DNA of 64,000 bases from Epiperipatus broadwayi. Its lineage: Eukaryota; Animalia; Onychophora. Location: NCBI GenBank assembly GCA_028023455.1, contig JAQFVV010000001.1, positions 2,294,001-2,358,000 on the forward strand, read 5' to 3'. This document shows, one piece after another, positions 25,001 to 37,537 of the stretch. Position numbers and translations under genes: made by a program. Below the pieces are notes generated by a model. It was not told the DNA's origin and did no database searches. It saw only the letters and a program-made list of their open reading frames with translations. The stretch's first letter is position 1, and each line of letters opens with the position of its first letter.

Positions 25001-27344
25001 TCTAATTTCACAAGTCTGATAACATTATTTTTGACATTAAGTAGTCACCCTCCCCTAATTTTTGCAAACTTTCTTCATGTGAAAGTGATTTTCAGTTACA
25101 CATAGATTTTAAAAGATACCATAATTTTGTGATTCTTAGTACTTTCTGCTTTTTTACAACTGCTGTCATGATTAATGATTTTATAGCCTTCTGGATGTTT
25201 ATTATTTGTATTGACTTGTTGACATAAGTATGAATATAAAAGAAAGTAAGCATTCATGCATGCAGAAAGATATATAAATAGTCAACATGATTATTACAGT
25301 CTACATTTATAAAAATAAAAGTGGAGATTAAAAAAGTTTATACTCAGGGGTTTCTAAGGTCTCATTTAGGAATTAGAGTTTTTTTTTTTTCAATTAGCAG
25401 CAAACTTTTTTTTAAACTATTATAAAAATTACAGATTATGCAAAAGTCTTTATCTTCTGCTTTGGGTTGAGAGTACAGTACATATTCTTAGAAATAAATT
25501 TCTTCTGTTTAAATTGCATATGATTTCTGCACTAGTAAATAAAATTGAATATTACATAGTTTCTAATAATTCATTAAGTAAATTGAATAGAAAGAGATTA
25601 ATGGATGTAAAGTGAATAAAGAAACATCTTCACATTCTCAAACTAAGACACTTTAAATTAGCCTATACAACTAAATTTAGGTTTAAAAGATGAGATGGCT
25701 GCTCTTATCTTTTCAAAAGTCTCTATCTTGGGCTTTGGTTTGACAGGATTTTCAGTAATGTATTGTAACAAACATTACAGTGCATGTGCTTAGGGTGCAA
25801 ATTCCTTCTGTTTGAATTACACACGATCTCTGTGCTAATAATTTTATCAATCAGAAAAACATTTGGTTTAAGTGGTTGAACAATAATAAAAAGAATCAGA
25901 ACAACAAAATAGATATTATGTGAATAAACACCATAATGTTCCATATTATGAAATAAAATAATACAAATATCAGTAATAATGAAAAAACATTGTATAGGTA
26001 AATGCTTTAATTTAAAAAATAAACTAGATTTTGGCTGGTTTAATAAGCTAAATACTTAAATTACTTAATAAATTTTAAATGTATAACTTGTTGATAAAAG
26101 TACTTCATTTATTTCACATACATTAAGCTGAATTAATTTTTAAATTCATGTATTTAAACATATTTGATTTGATATTATGATAAAATGGTAAATTCTAAAG
26201 CTCAAGGTCCATGAATCACAGCCCAACTCAGTCACTTCCAGTTGAACTTCTTATGAACTCACAAGAAATAAATCATTCAATTATAATTATGTGTTAATGA
26301 TGAATTATTGTAATATTATTAATAAAAATATAATTCAGTTATTCATTTATTTTTTCTTAATAATTTTTTTTTCAATGTATAAGATCTTAGAATCATTTAA
26401 TTATTTTGTATTTATAAATTTGATATTAAAAAAATGTCAGTTCATGATCTTTAAAAGAGAACTCTTATGAGAAGAAAGTTTAGCATTTAAAAACCTAAAA
26501 AACATCTATCTATAAATCTAAAGAATCATTTCGCTTTAATTCACACACTTAAGATTACGTGGACAGTAAAATGTGATTTGATTTTGATAACAATGGATAT
26601 AGAAAATGAGTGTTGAATGGAGCAAGGTATTTAACAGCAATCTAATACATTGAACAAAGATTGCATTTTTAACTATTTTAAGTATATATATATTTTTGAA
26701 GTGTCATAGCACTCATCAGATAAACAAGAATAAGTATAAAATACTCCTAAATAAGTATATGTAAATATCTAATATTATTTGAAAAATAAAAATTATAGCA
26801 TGTTAAAATAATAATCTTATTTAATTTTTATTTTAAGCATTTATCATTCATTAATCAAATTCTAGCTCATGTAAAAAGTTTGTCTTAGAACAAAATCTTA
26901 AAATGCATGAAATTGAGTAGTTTTATATTTGATTGTGGAATTTGATAGGATACTTTTTCATTAGAAAGCAATTATAAGATAAGTTTTTGGCAAGTTTTTC
27001 TTATGTTTTTCTGATTGATTCTGCAGGCACCATATTGAATTTTTTAAAAAACTAGCCTGAGACACAATTTTCACAATAACTTCAGTTTTAATAATGTTAG
27101 AGCAAAAAACTTTATGTCAATAGAAACTAGAAAAACTAAAGAAAACAATAAGTCTAAGACAAATAGTGATAACCATTTAAAAAATAAGGAAAAAAAGAAA
27201 TTTCAGCACCTGACATAATTATTACTTTATTGTTTGTTCATAATTTCTAATTTATCATTAACAAATTTTAAATTACATCTTCATTGATAATTTCTTTGTA
27301 TTCTTCACAAACTTATCTTTCAAACCATATATAATACTTCTTAC

Positions 27345-27427
27345 CTGAGATAATCCATAGCTTCAGAATCTCCAAAACTAGTTGCACAAGATACAAAACA
27401 AATCATTCCCAGAAGATGGAAATACAT
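27345..27427 (-). CDS. Candidate first coding exon encoding a signal peptide (MYFHLLGMICFVSCATSFGDSEAMDYL..)
   Basis: ATG with in-frame stops just upstream, a hydrophobic N-terminus, a strong CAG|GTAAGA donor at 27344, and possible acceptors at 27458 or 27493. No downstream exon was identified. Confidence 0.25.
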
Positions 27428-28970
27428 TTGTCATCATAGCAATTGGCTTTTTATGTATCTAAAACTAGAAATTGTAGGCTACTGTCTATATCCCTGATAA
27501 AATGAGTTTCATCTCATTTTATATTTTTTGTGTACATCAGTGATGTTTATATTCTTTATGCACACCGGTCATGCTAACTTGTTATATTTATTGTCCCATA
27601 TAGACAAAATTTATTTGCATATAGCTCATTTGCCAGCTATAGACTTGAAAATAAGGTGATGCAAGATGTGGCAAAAGTACTGACTCCACAGTATGAGTAT
27701 CAAAGCATAGGCAAGAATCAGTATTTGATTCTTTGCCTGCATACAATTCCATGTGGTATATGCATAACCATTGTGGCTACCATGACACACACACTATTTG
27801 AAATCTCTCTTTATTGGTTTTAAGCATTTATATTTTCACATGGTAATATGCCCAGTAAATTTTGTGATTGCTTTATCAACTGCAATCTGCAACCTTTCTG
27901 TACATATGTAAATCATTACTTGTTATACAAACATGATGCAAGAGCAAACACAAACACACTAATACAAATATAAACATACTAATAAATTATTAAATCTTTT
28001 GAGAATCATTATGTCTATAAAATAAGATTGCCTCAAACTTGGATCAGAGACACAAAATTACAATGTATATAAACCACTTTTATTATATTGAATACAAATT
28101 TATATATTGTATAATAAAGAACAAATGATTTAATATTATATAATTTATATAGTATACAATTATACCAATACAAACAAATTAATAAATTAATGCAATTTAT
28201 TAAATAATAATAAAAAAATTAAAAATATTATTTAAGTAATTAAAATTAATACTTATGACCAATATGATTATGTTTATATCAGATTGAAAGCCTTAACATG
28301 CAAATCATTAGCTTATTTTTAATCTATTTTATTAGCTTATAAGGCCAATAAAGATTTTTTATCTTTATCATCCTCATGTAAACTAGTAAAATGACCAGAA
28401 AATAAAAAAATTAAATGCACCTATTAATAAAAAATTCAAATTTTATCTGATTTCAAATTGTAATACGTCATTTTAAAGATAGAATTAAGCAGCAACAAAT
28501 GCTGGGATTTCTGTTGATATCATGCTTATAGTTTTCATACAATTTAAAAAAGAAGACAAAATTTCAATAAATCACCTTCCACATATGCAGATTGTCTACA
28601 AAGATTCTATCCATTAATATCTGAATAAAATTAAAAACATGAATTGGTCAAAGTAATAAAATCATTTATCACTTCATAAATTACATTTATCCATTAAGTA
28701 TAAAACATTTATTAAGATTCTAAAGAAGCATTTAATTATAAAATAATTTAAGTGAGTAGAAGAAAAATCATAATTAGTGTTTTATTTTTTCATAATATTA
28801 TGCTTGTAGCTTTAACAAAAATGAATATTTTATTATGAATAAAAATTGCCATTAGGTTTGTCTTGGGTAGACAAGTTTGCAGCTACATCTCATAGTATTA
28901 TGAGTTGGTAATAATGAAAAATAATATTTATGACTGTACAAAGTTATGTTCATAATACATTAATGTCATT

Positions 28971-29523
28971 TAAATAATATTTGTCTAAATCACATGTTGC
29001 TAATAAATTGGTAATAATTGAAAGTTTGCCAGTCTTTCACATGTGCGATTATCTCTCAGACAGCCAATCAGATTTTAAACAACTGTCTTAAGATGAACAG
29101 GCTTCAAGCAAACTTTCAATTATTACCAATTTATTAACAACATGCAATTTAGACAAATATTATTTACATACGATACTGATAAATTATATTAACATCTAGA
29201 AAATTGTGGTGTAGTAAATCTGAGATTTTGTGCCGTAATATCTTAAGTTAATAACACAATGAATGATAAGTGTATATGTTTATACATTCAAGCTTTTAGG
29301 CCAAGATGCTTAAGACTGGCTTATATATATATATATAAGTTAAGTTGAGAAAAGGTTGGTATCATCATTTCTTATCAAAATCTCTGTCATGTGTCGAAGC
29401 CTGATCGTCTTAAGACAGCTGTTTAAAATCTGATTGGCTGTCTGAGAGATAATCACGCATGTGAAAGAGTAGCAAACTTTCAATTATTACCAATTTATTA
29501 ACAACATGCAATTTAGACAAATA
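28971..29523. repeat. Compound inverted repeat P'-Q'-P ... Q-P (MITE with 52-59 bp TIRs plus an inverted partial copy)
   Basis: P at 29108-29159 is identical to 29472-29523, with an inverted P at 28978-29029. Q' (29030-29107) is the reverse complement of Q (29394-29471) at ~90% identity. Confidence 0.9.
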
Positions 29524-30294
29524 CTAATGCCATTTGTTAAAATTTCAAATACGATTAAGAATAAAGTTTGAATGAAATAAATGATATATAAGATGTTTAG
29601 AGGTAATAGTAACACATGATGATTGTCCCTTGAATGAACCATATATACAAAATAGTATAAGATATTTTATTAATTTGTATATCTTTTCTACTTTGATATA
29701 AAATATCTAGCTAAATTTTTTTTGTTTGCAATGATAAGTTGTGCAAGTTTTTATAATGTTAGGAATAAAAAAGTTGCTGAAATATATATGATTAGATTTG
29801 ACATTAATATAAAAATACTTTTAACACCATTGAAAAGTACAGTATGTTTTCACATGATAGTAAGTCATTGATTTTCATTCTATATTATGACCTTAAGACA
29901 AACAATGTTAATAGTATATTTGTGGACTCATATTTAGCTTTATCTAATTTAAATGACTTGGTCAATAATAGTAGATACTATACAAACAAAATGTACACGT
30001 ATAATAGTATATCAAGATTGACATTCCCAAAGTGTATACATTGATTGATCTTATATTCTGTAAAAAAAACAAAAAAACTAATTAAAGAGCATAAGTTATG
30101 TTATGTTGGGCTAAAGTTAATTAATTGCCAGAAACTTTTTTTTTAGATCTTTTAATCATAATTGTAATTAACATATGAATTTTAATTTTAATAGTGTTAG
30201 AGATGTAGAAATTGAAATATTAAAGATTCTACTAGAGTAATTAATAAATCATCAATACATATATATTTATATTTATTCTATTCTATATATTATG

Positions 30295-30520
30295 CAATTG
30301 TTATACCTTTGTCAACAATCTCCATATATTAATTGATAAACTTAATTAATTTGTTGTGGCTATTATGTAAATTGTTTTAAATTATATTTAGAAGATTTTT
30401 GATTTAACTATTTGACAATAATATAAGAATATATGCATATTTATAGAAATCAGTCAATAATTAGACAATCACATTATCAATAACAATCAACAATCTCAGT
30501 CTGTTGTCAAGGTAACCTTC
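30295..30520. repeat. Degenerate MITE-like repeat; right arm recurs at ~41005-41085
   Basis: AATCAACAAT..CTGTTGTCAAGG(T/C)AAC(C/T)TTCTTTTAAC is shared with ~41045-41090, with weak inverted similarity to 30295-30350. Confidence 0.45.
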
Positions 30521-30526
30521 TTTTAA

Positions 30527-30680
30527 CAAATAACTGAACAGTTTTTTCATTGTATGATACTTTGCTGCTGAAAAAGGTTTCTGTTTAATTCATTCCTACT
30601 ATAAAAGTCTCAAATACAAATAACTGAACAGTTGGTTCACTGCAAGATATTTTGATGCTGAGAAAAGGCTTTCTATTTCT
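30527..30680. repeat. Tandem duplication, period 90 bp
   Basis: CAAATAACTGAACAGTT...GCTGA(G)AAAAGG occurs at 30527 and 30617. Confidence 0.8.
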
Positions 30681-33613
30681 TTTTTACTAAAAATAAATAA
30701 ATCTCAGATTGATTATTTAAGATGTAATTTGCTGCACTGCAACATTCATGAGAACTAGATCAACTGCAGCTTATTTATTGGTAAAGATTGAAGTTTATCA
30801 TAAAATTGACATAGAGAAGAAAAAAAAATTTAAAGTATAATAATGGTCAAGAGCAGTACTAACAGAGGACTGACCTTAATGAGGCTCAATATTATAAAAG
30901 AGTGAGAAATTTATAGTAATAGAGAAAGTAAGAACCCCCCCATTACAAGTTTTTATTGTACCTAATGAATCATCGAAAATGAGCATATAGTTAAAGAATA
31001 AACATGCAGTTGCATAAATTTATACTGCCAGTGTCATAGATGACTGATGACATGATAGTTTAATGACATCACATTTTATACCATCCTAAGTAGCTGAATG
31101 GAGATAGTAATATAAATAAAGGAAAAAAAATAGAGAAAGAATAAGGGAAAGAGAATAGATAGGAGATGGGGTGGGGGTGTAGGATATATTCCCTAGTGTT
31201 TGTGGAGCCAATTATCTTATTTTACAAAATGGCACAGTATACAAGCTCTTGTTCCTGCATCACTTAATTGATTATTTTTAGTTAACCCTAGTATCTAAAT
31301 GTCATTTCATTGTTTGAAATTAGTGGAGCCCATTGATAGCCTATGTTTAGCACTTGATATATGTATTTATGTACATCAATGATAATTATTGGAAATGATG
31401 CTCCATTTTCATTAAATAAATTTCAAATTGATGTTTATATGAAAGTTAATAAATGTATCAATTATAATTAAACTTCTTTAATATAGTAAAAAATTTCTAA
31501 CCTTGAAAAAGAAATCAAAGATAAATAACGTCAGTCAATCATCAACTTTTCGATCGAAATAGAAAAGAATATTGCTAATACTGCAAGTATCTTAAATATA
31601 ATTAATTGCATAAAAATAAATGAGAAAAAAGGTGACATTATAATCCAATATTATATACTGAATAAGGTAAACTGGCTCCTAATAAATGAAGAAATTCATT
31701 GTCAGGACCAGAATCATATTGAGTACTATGAACACACAGTGAAACCCATACAGGCTAGATATTTATGTGCCACCTTATGACAGAAAAGTAAATATTTATT
31801 ATAATTTCCTTATTTTATTAATTCATTACTTTATTACAGTTTTTATGGTTATCAAAAGCATACTCAGAGCATATGGAATATATATATATGTAGATATCTT
31901 TAATTTTCTTTAAATTTATTTAGATGGCACGAAAGTAATGGCCACCTTTAAGCTTCACTCGCTTTATAGATTTCATGATGATAAATATTTTTGATCTAAA
32001 TTTTAATCAATTCTTTAGACCCATCACGAAAAATATTTTCAATCTTCTTTACTGATCAGTCTTTTAATTATTTATTTTATTCTTTTTCTATTTTAATACT
32101 ATTATTATATGTGTATAATTATTATTATCATTTTTTTTTTTTTTACTTCTCTAAACTTGCATATTTATTATGGATTTTATAATTGACTTAACGTTGTTGA
32201 TATATTCATTAAATAAAGAAATTAAAATTATTATTATTGATTTATTAATTCATTTTATAAATTAAATTTAAATACTATTTATTTATCAGTGTGGATAAAC
32301 TTATTTGCAATTTTTTTTTTTATGTTTGCAGTTCATATTAATTTTTGAAAATAAAATTTATTTTGGTACATAACTTGTTTATTTATTTAACTGTTCTTAA
32401 GAAAGTACAATAATAGTGGTTTTATGAATAATTATTGAATTTATCATTATTATTATTATTATTGCTAAGACTATTTTTCAACCAATCAGGTAAGTCTTGA
32501 TTTAATATTGGCGTTTTGCTTACCCTGAAGTTAAATTTTGTTAATATTAAAGCCATAAAAATATGTATTTTAAATAATTTTAAAAAAATATTTAAAACTT
32601 ATTCTATCTATTTGACGATCTTTCTGAATATATCTACATATACACAGCATAATTTTTTTTTTTAGATATTTATCTAAGGATTATTTTATCTTTTTATATC
32701 TTTAAAAACAGAATACCTTAATCATGTGATAATACTTTAATCATTGATAGTAGTTTATTCACACTTACTAATACCACAAGGCAATTTATTATAATAGTTT
32801 GGAACTACTGGATTAAGATAGATTGTACATTTAAAAAAGCATATTCAAACAGCCCGAGAAATCATACTTAACATTAACAGGTATAAACTATTTTGCCTTA
32901 CTAATCCTACTTCTGCATTTTCATATTTAGTTTGATATATCTGGAAATCATGATTATGCCTTTCATTTAACAAAAACTTAAGACAGTTGTATATATCATT
33001 TTTTAACTTAAGACATTTGTAGAGCTAAAAATAGGATATGTTTAAATGCGCGCGACAGTATATATAATATGGTATTTTTGCACACAGAATTGCAAGCGTT
33101 TAAATAAAAAATAAAATAAAGCAACTCTCCTAATTATCAGTATTTATTACAAATTTCATTAAACAAAAATGAGAATGTTGTAAACTAATCTAACATAGGT
33201 AAACAATAGAATCAAAATAAAATAGAAATATCATATAGAAGAAACAGAGAACGCACACACACACTGAGTTTATATATAAAAAAGTCATTTATTTCACAAC
33301 ACGATAGGAAAATAATATAATTTACATATTTATTCGTTGAAACAAATTATTTAATTCAAATATGAATTTTATTACATTAATCTAAAAGAAAAAAAAAACA
33401 TTTGAATATCTTATGTATAAAGTTTTATCTATAATTACAAATAAAAATAAAAAACTAAATTTTTATCCAATTCGTGTAGAGACTACGCCTCAAATATATG
33501 TTAGAATGTCTTTTGTCCTTTAAGCTTTTAAATAACAAGATATATTTCAAAATAGATAACCCTAAAAGAAGTTATCTCATTACCCCCTCCTCACACGCTT
33601 AAAAAAAATCTTG

Positions 33614-33694
33614 TACCTTCATATTTGAACTCACAGATGGCCTTCATCATGAATCCATGATGAAGGCCATCTGTGAGTTCAAAATATGAAGGTA
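33614..33694. repeat. Near-perfect hairpin palindrome (38-bp arms, 4-nt loop)
   Basis: TACCTTCATATTTGAACTCACAGATGGCCTTCATCATG-aatc-CATGATGAAGGCCATCTGTGAGTTCAAAATATGAAGGTA, with a single 1-nt indel between arms. Confidence 0.95.
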
Positions 33695-34261
33695 GAATAA
33701 TTTTTTTTAATACTCATATTCGGCCTAGCAGAAGAGATCTCTTATTTTTAATGACGGGTGTGTGTGTGTGTGCATTTATATATTTTGGCAATCATATTTT
33801 GTCTATATGAAAATAATGATGAAATAAAGAGACCTCATTGGCAATGGCTTATCTGACTCGAGCAAGTTCATTTTTTATCTATCTTTTTAAGACAAACTTT
33901 TGTTTTCTTCTAATAATTTTAATTTTTCTTTTAAATTATACTTTCCCCTCTTATTTTTTGTAATCGATAATATCCCTTAAATAGGTAATGGAAATTCATT
34001 AAATAATCTACTTTTGCTCCACTCTGGTTCACTTTTATCAGAAGTGAGTAGACTATACAAAAGAATTGAATGATATACCCCTTCTCTTAGAGTTAAACAA
34101 AATTCTTGAAACAAAAATTATCTTATGAAATAGAATTTACTTAACTTCTTGTGATTTTCATATTGACTGCTCATATGACTCTAATATCAACATATCCTGA
34201 AGCGATAATAAACACTGGCCATTGTTAAAGATGTATTCCTTAGTTTTTTTTTCATGTGTCA

Positions 34262-34343
34262 TAGCATCAGCCAGGAAGCGAACCTGCTAACCCGGGACAA
34301 CTGCTTGTAAAGCAGCTGTCGCTGACCTCTTGACCGCCAATGC
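34262..34343 (-). pseudogene. Second tRNA-Gly-derived copy (same family as 8857-8929)
   Basis: GCATTGGCGG...AGCTGCT-TTACAA-GCAGTT...CCCGGGTT(agcaggtt)CGCTTCCTGGCTGATGC; shares the GTCAA leader and the TTC(G/A)CTT T-loop with the first copy. Confidence 0.7.
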
Positions 34344-36463
34344 TTGACAGATATATTCCTTACTTTGTGGCTTTATTTCATGAGATGCCTTTCCTTTAGA
34401 GACCATATAAATTCACTAAGAAATGGTTCACATACAACAAAAATATGTTTTCACTTTGACCATTATTAAAATTCAAGAGAGATTATGAAAAAAGTTCTGC
34501 ATTCTGCTAAAAACAAACAAAGGAACAAATGACAAAGTGATTTGAGCCAGAATATTTGATAAATTTCTAATTCTTATTAGCACATTTTATACTCATTGCT
34601 ATTATTTATTTATTTCTAATGAACTAAGATTACAAAACAATAGACAATGAACAGAAACATTTTTTTTGATATTCCATCTATAATTATTTTAAAAAAAATT
34701 CATTTAACCTTTAAATATACATTTACATGCGATATATATAAAATTATAGACCATAACAAGATTTCAGATGAATGGAGGGTTGTGATAATTATTTTATAAA
34801 ATTTTTAACTTATAATTTAATATTATTATGGCAAAATGAGTGCATTTTAAATGACTTCTAGTGAAATATAAGATATTAAAAATTGTAACCAAATAAATAG
34901 CTTAGAATTTGAATAGAAGAATATACAATCTTGAGTGATTCAGGACAAATTTTTTTCAGATAGAGGTGTAGAAGATAATTTATTCATTTTTATTCAGTTG
35001 ATTGAAATGTTTATAAAGAAAATAATTAATTCATTATATTTTTAGGTACTATAAAAAGCTTATAATAAACTGTGAAATAATCTTGGAAATATATTTGCTT
35101 TGCTAAGAGTAATTAAAAGTCTTTATATGAATAATTTTTATAAATATCAATTGGAGATATAGCGCCAGTAAAATTAAAGATGAAATGGTATTGGAATAAG
35201 TATATCCATTGACACTTTTATAGTTTACTTTGTTTCTTAAGATTTGGCTGTTAAAGTGGGAATTTTTATAATAAGAAGCAAATAAATGCATAATAGGACA
35301 CTTTTCTCTTTATACATTTTAATTTAATTTACTCTGTTTTTTATCTGTCTGTTTGAGAAATCTTGTAATTCAATTTTCACCCATTTCCAAATCTCCAAAT
35401 TAGTTGAAATTTAGCATATTTATGTATTACTAATGATAATATTTTTTTTAGAGTTTGCAAATAATTTTAGCAAAAAGTTAGTGAAAATTTAAAATGTTTA
35501 ATTTTTTTGTATAACATTGATACTAGCAATGTCTGCTAATACCCATTTTTATGTATTAGTTAGTGCCAGTCTGTTTTTTATATTTAAAAAGATAATTTTA
35601 TCTGACAAATCGATTGGGATTGAGTCAGGACTGTGGAATTAGTTGTAAGTTTATTTAAATTATTTTTTGCTATTGATTTCAACTTGTAAATTACCATAGT
35701 AACATTTTTCTAGTTTATGCTTTTATTTGTGAAAGCTGATGAAATTATTATTATTTTTACTTTATCAATAAAAGCATTTTTTATTTTTTTTTATATACAT
35801 GTATTTGTTGATGTGCAAAAATAGGAAGAAATATGAAAATTAAATTTTGTGAGAAAAAATTAAAAAAATAGTAATTCATGATAAGAATAAAACTGAAAGA
35901 TAAAAATTTGGGAATATTTGTCTTAAAACATTATATTAATATAGTTATAAGTTATACAGTATGTTATATATAGAGAGTAATAACAATATAGAATAATAAC
36001 ATTTGACAATGTTTGCAGATTGTCAAGCTAATTTTCATAACTAGTGTATATAGAATGAACAAATCAATGGAACCGAGATCTAATGTCTGACAGATACAGG
36101 TCACCAACTACTCTAGAAATATAAAGAAACAAAACAAGACTGACATGCGACAGGTATAAAAACAAAAGTCAAAAGACTCTCGAGGTCTTTTTTTTGCTAC
36201 AGTGTTGGGGGGTGTATGTTCAAGAGGACAGAATTCCCAGGTAATCAGCGCATGTTAGTAATCCAGCCGACTAGGACCTTAAGCGGATTGTACTGATCTC
36301 TTATTATTTTACAACACCCAACTAGGCTCTTCATGAATAATAAATTTATGCCTGTCGCAGGTAGAGTGAACTTAATTATAAACTCTTAACTTTGGTACAC
36401 AGGGAGCATTAGGATATTAAGATCGCCAACTGTTGTAGTTAGTTCTTCATTATATATATATAT

Positions 36464-37537
36464 TGTAACGGTCAGAAAACGTGTGACTCGTAAACATAGT
36501 GCAGAATTCGACCACCATACAGAACAGCAGCACCATCGAGTAGCGAAGCCACCTGTGGTACTGAGTTCGAACATAGTTTATCGGTTCCACAATACAATCC
36601 ATGAAACAATGCATCTGATGCGACATTAGTAAATATTTCCTTAGGCACGGTGGTCAGGGATATGCAAGAGACTCATGATTTTATTCTCGAGTTAGCCAAT
36701 AACCAAACTAATATTAATTAAACATTCATATTTACATAATCGAGGAAATATTATATAGAATGGGTATCAAATAAATGAAACGTAACTGCAGACGTATAGT
36801 TTAAAATTATTTATTAATACATTTTAATAAAACAATCTAATAATATTTTGTGGACTAACAGCTTCAGTATTGGGATTTGCGACATGATTATATTTTAAAG
36901 AATACATTTATTTATTTAGACATTATTTTATATTGAAGATTTCAGTAGCGGTATTTCCGATACTGTAATGTTTACAAAAGGAATACATTTATTTGAAGGC
37001 GTAATCTAGCTATCTAAAATTCTCGAGTGAGTATTTCTAATGCATGCCTGGAGGGATTTATACCTTTGCAATGCAAGAGTCTAAAGTATGGGTTATAAGA
37101 GTAATGGCAGACATATATTTATTTAATTAAAATATTTATTTATAACTAAGGGCAAACATTTATTTGAGAGTGAATTATGCACATAATGCAGAGGTGGAGT
37201 GATATGTTTAGAATAATAAAACTAAGTAAAGGAACACGTGGTATGCTTTAGGAAGGCGATATGGAATGGCAGTATATCGAAACTGCAATGCCGTGAATGA
37301 GTTTATAAGAATGTCGGGCTGGTCTCTGCCATCGGCCCGACGAAGTAAGGTGTCACATAAGCATAACCAGGGACAAGCGGTCTGTATCGCAGTTTGCCGG
37401 CTGGCTGCATGACATTGTCAAATCCCACGGGAGCACCCATTATGCCCGCTTGTGTAGGACGACTGGGGTTAAGTTCAACCCTGAAGAATCCGGAAATTTC
37501 ACGGCGGAATGGGTCATCGCATCTCTAAAACGTAACA
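36464..37537. mobile_element. Probable solo LTR (~1.07 kb) inserted at a (TA)n tract
   Basis: Begins TGTAACG and ends CGTAACA (TG...CA, 6/7 inverted match). It is CpG-rich relative to its flanks and has no PBS or internal ORF. The TSD is imperfect. Confidence 0.5.

Noticed and set aside
26680-26730. Minus-strand CTGATGA-GTG..CAC hammerhead-like string
   Set aside because: GAAA is not adjacent to stem II and stem I cannot be formed convincingly.
31040-31075. CTGATGA followed by a short stem
   Set aside because: There is no GAAA core element.
32460-32495. Strong plus-strand donor CAG|GTAAGT
   Set aside because: There is no plausible upstream acceptor or coding frame.
37460-37500. CTGAAGA...GAAA hammerhead-like string
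   Set aside because: There is no stem II pairing and no NUH triplet adjoining stem I.
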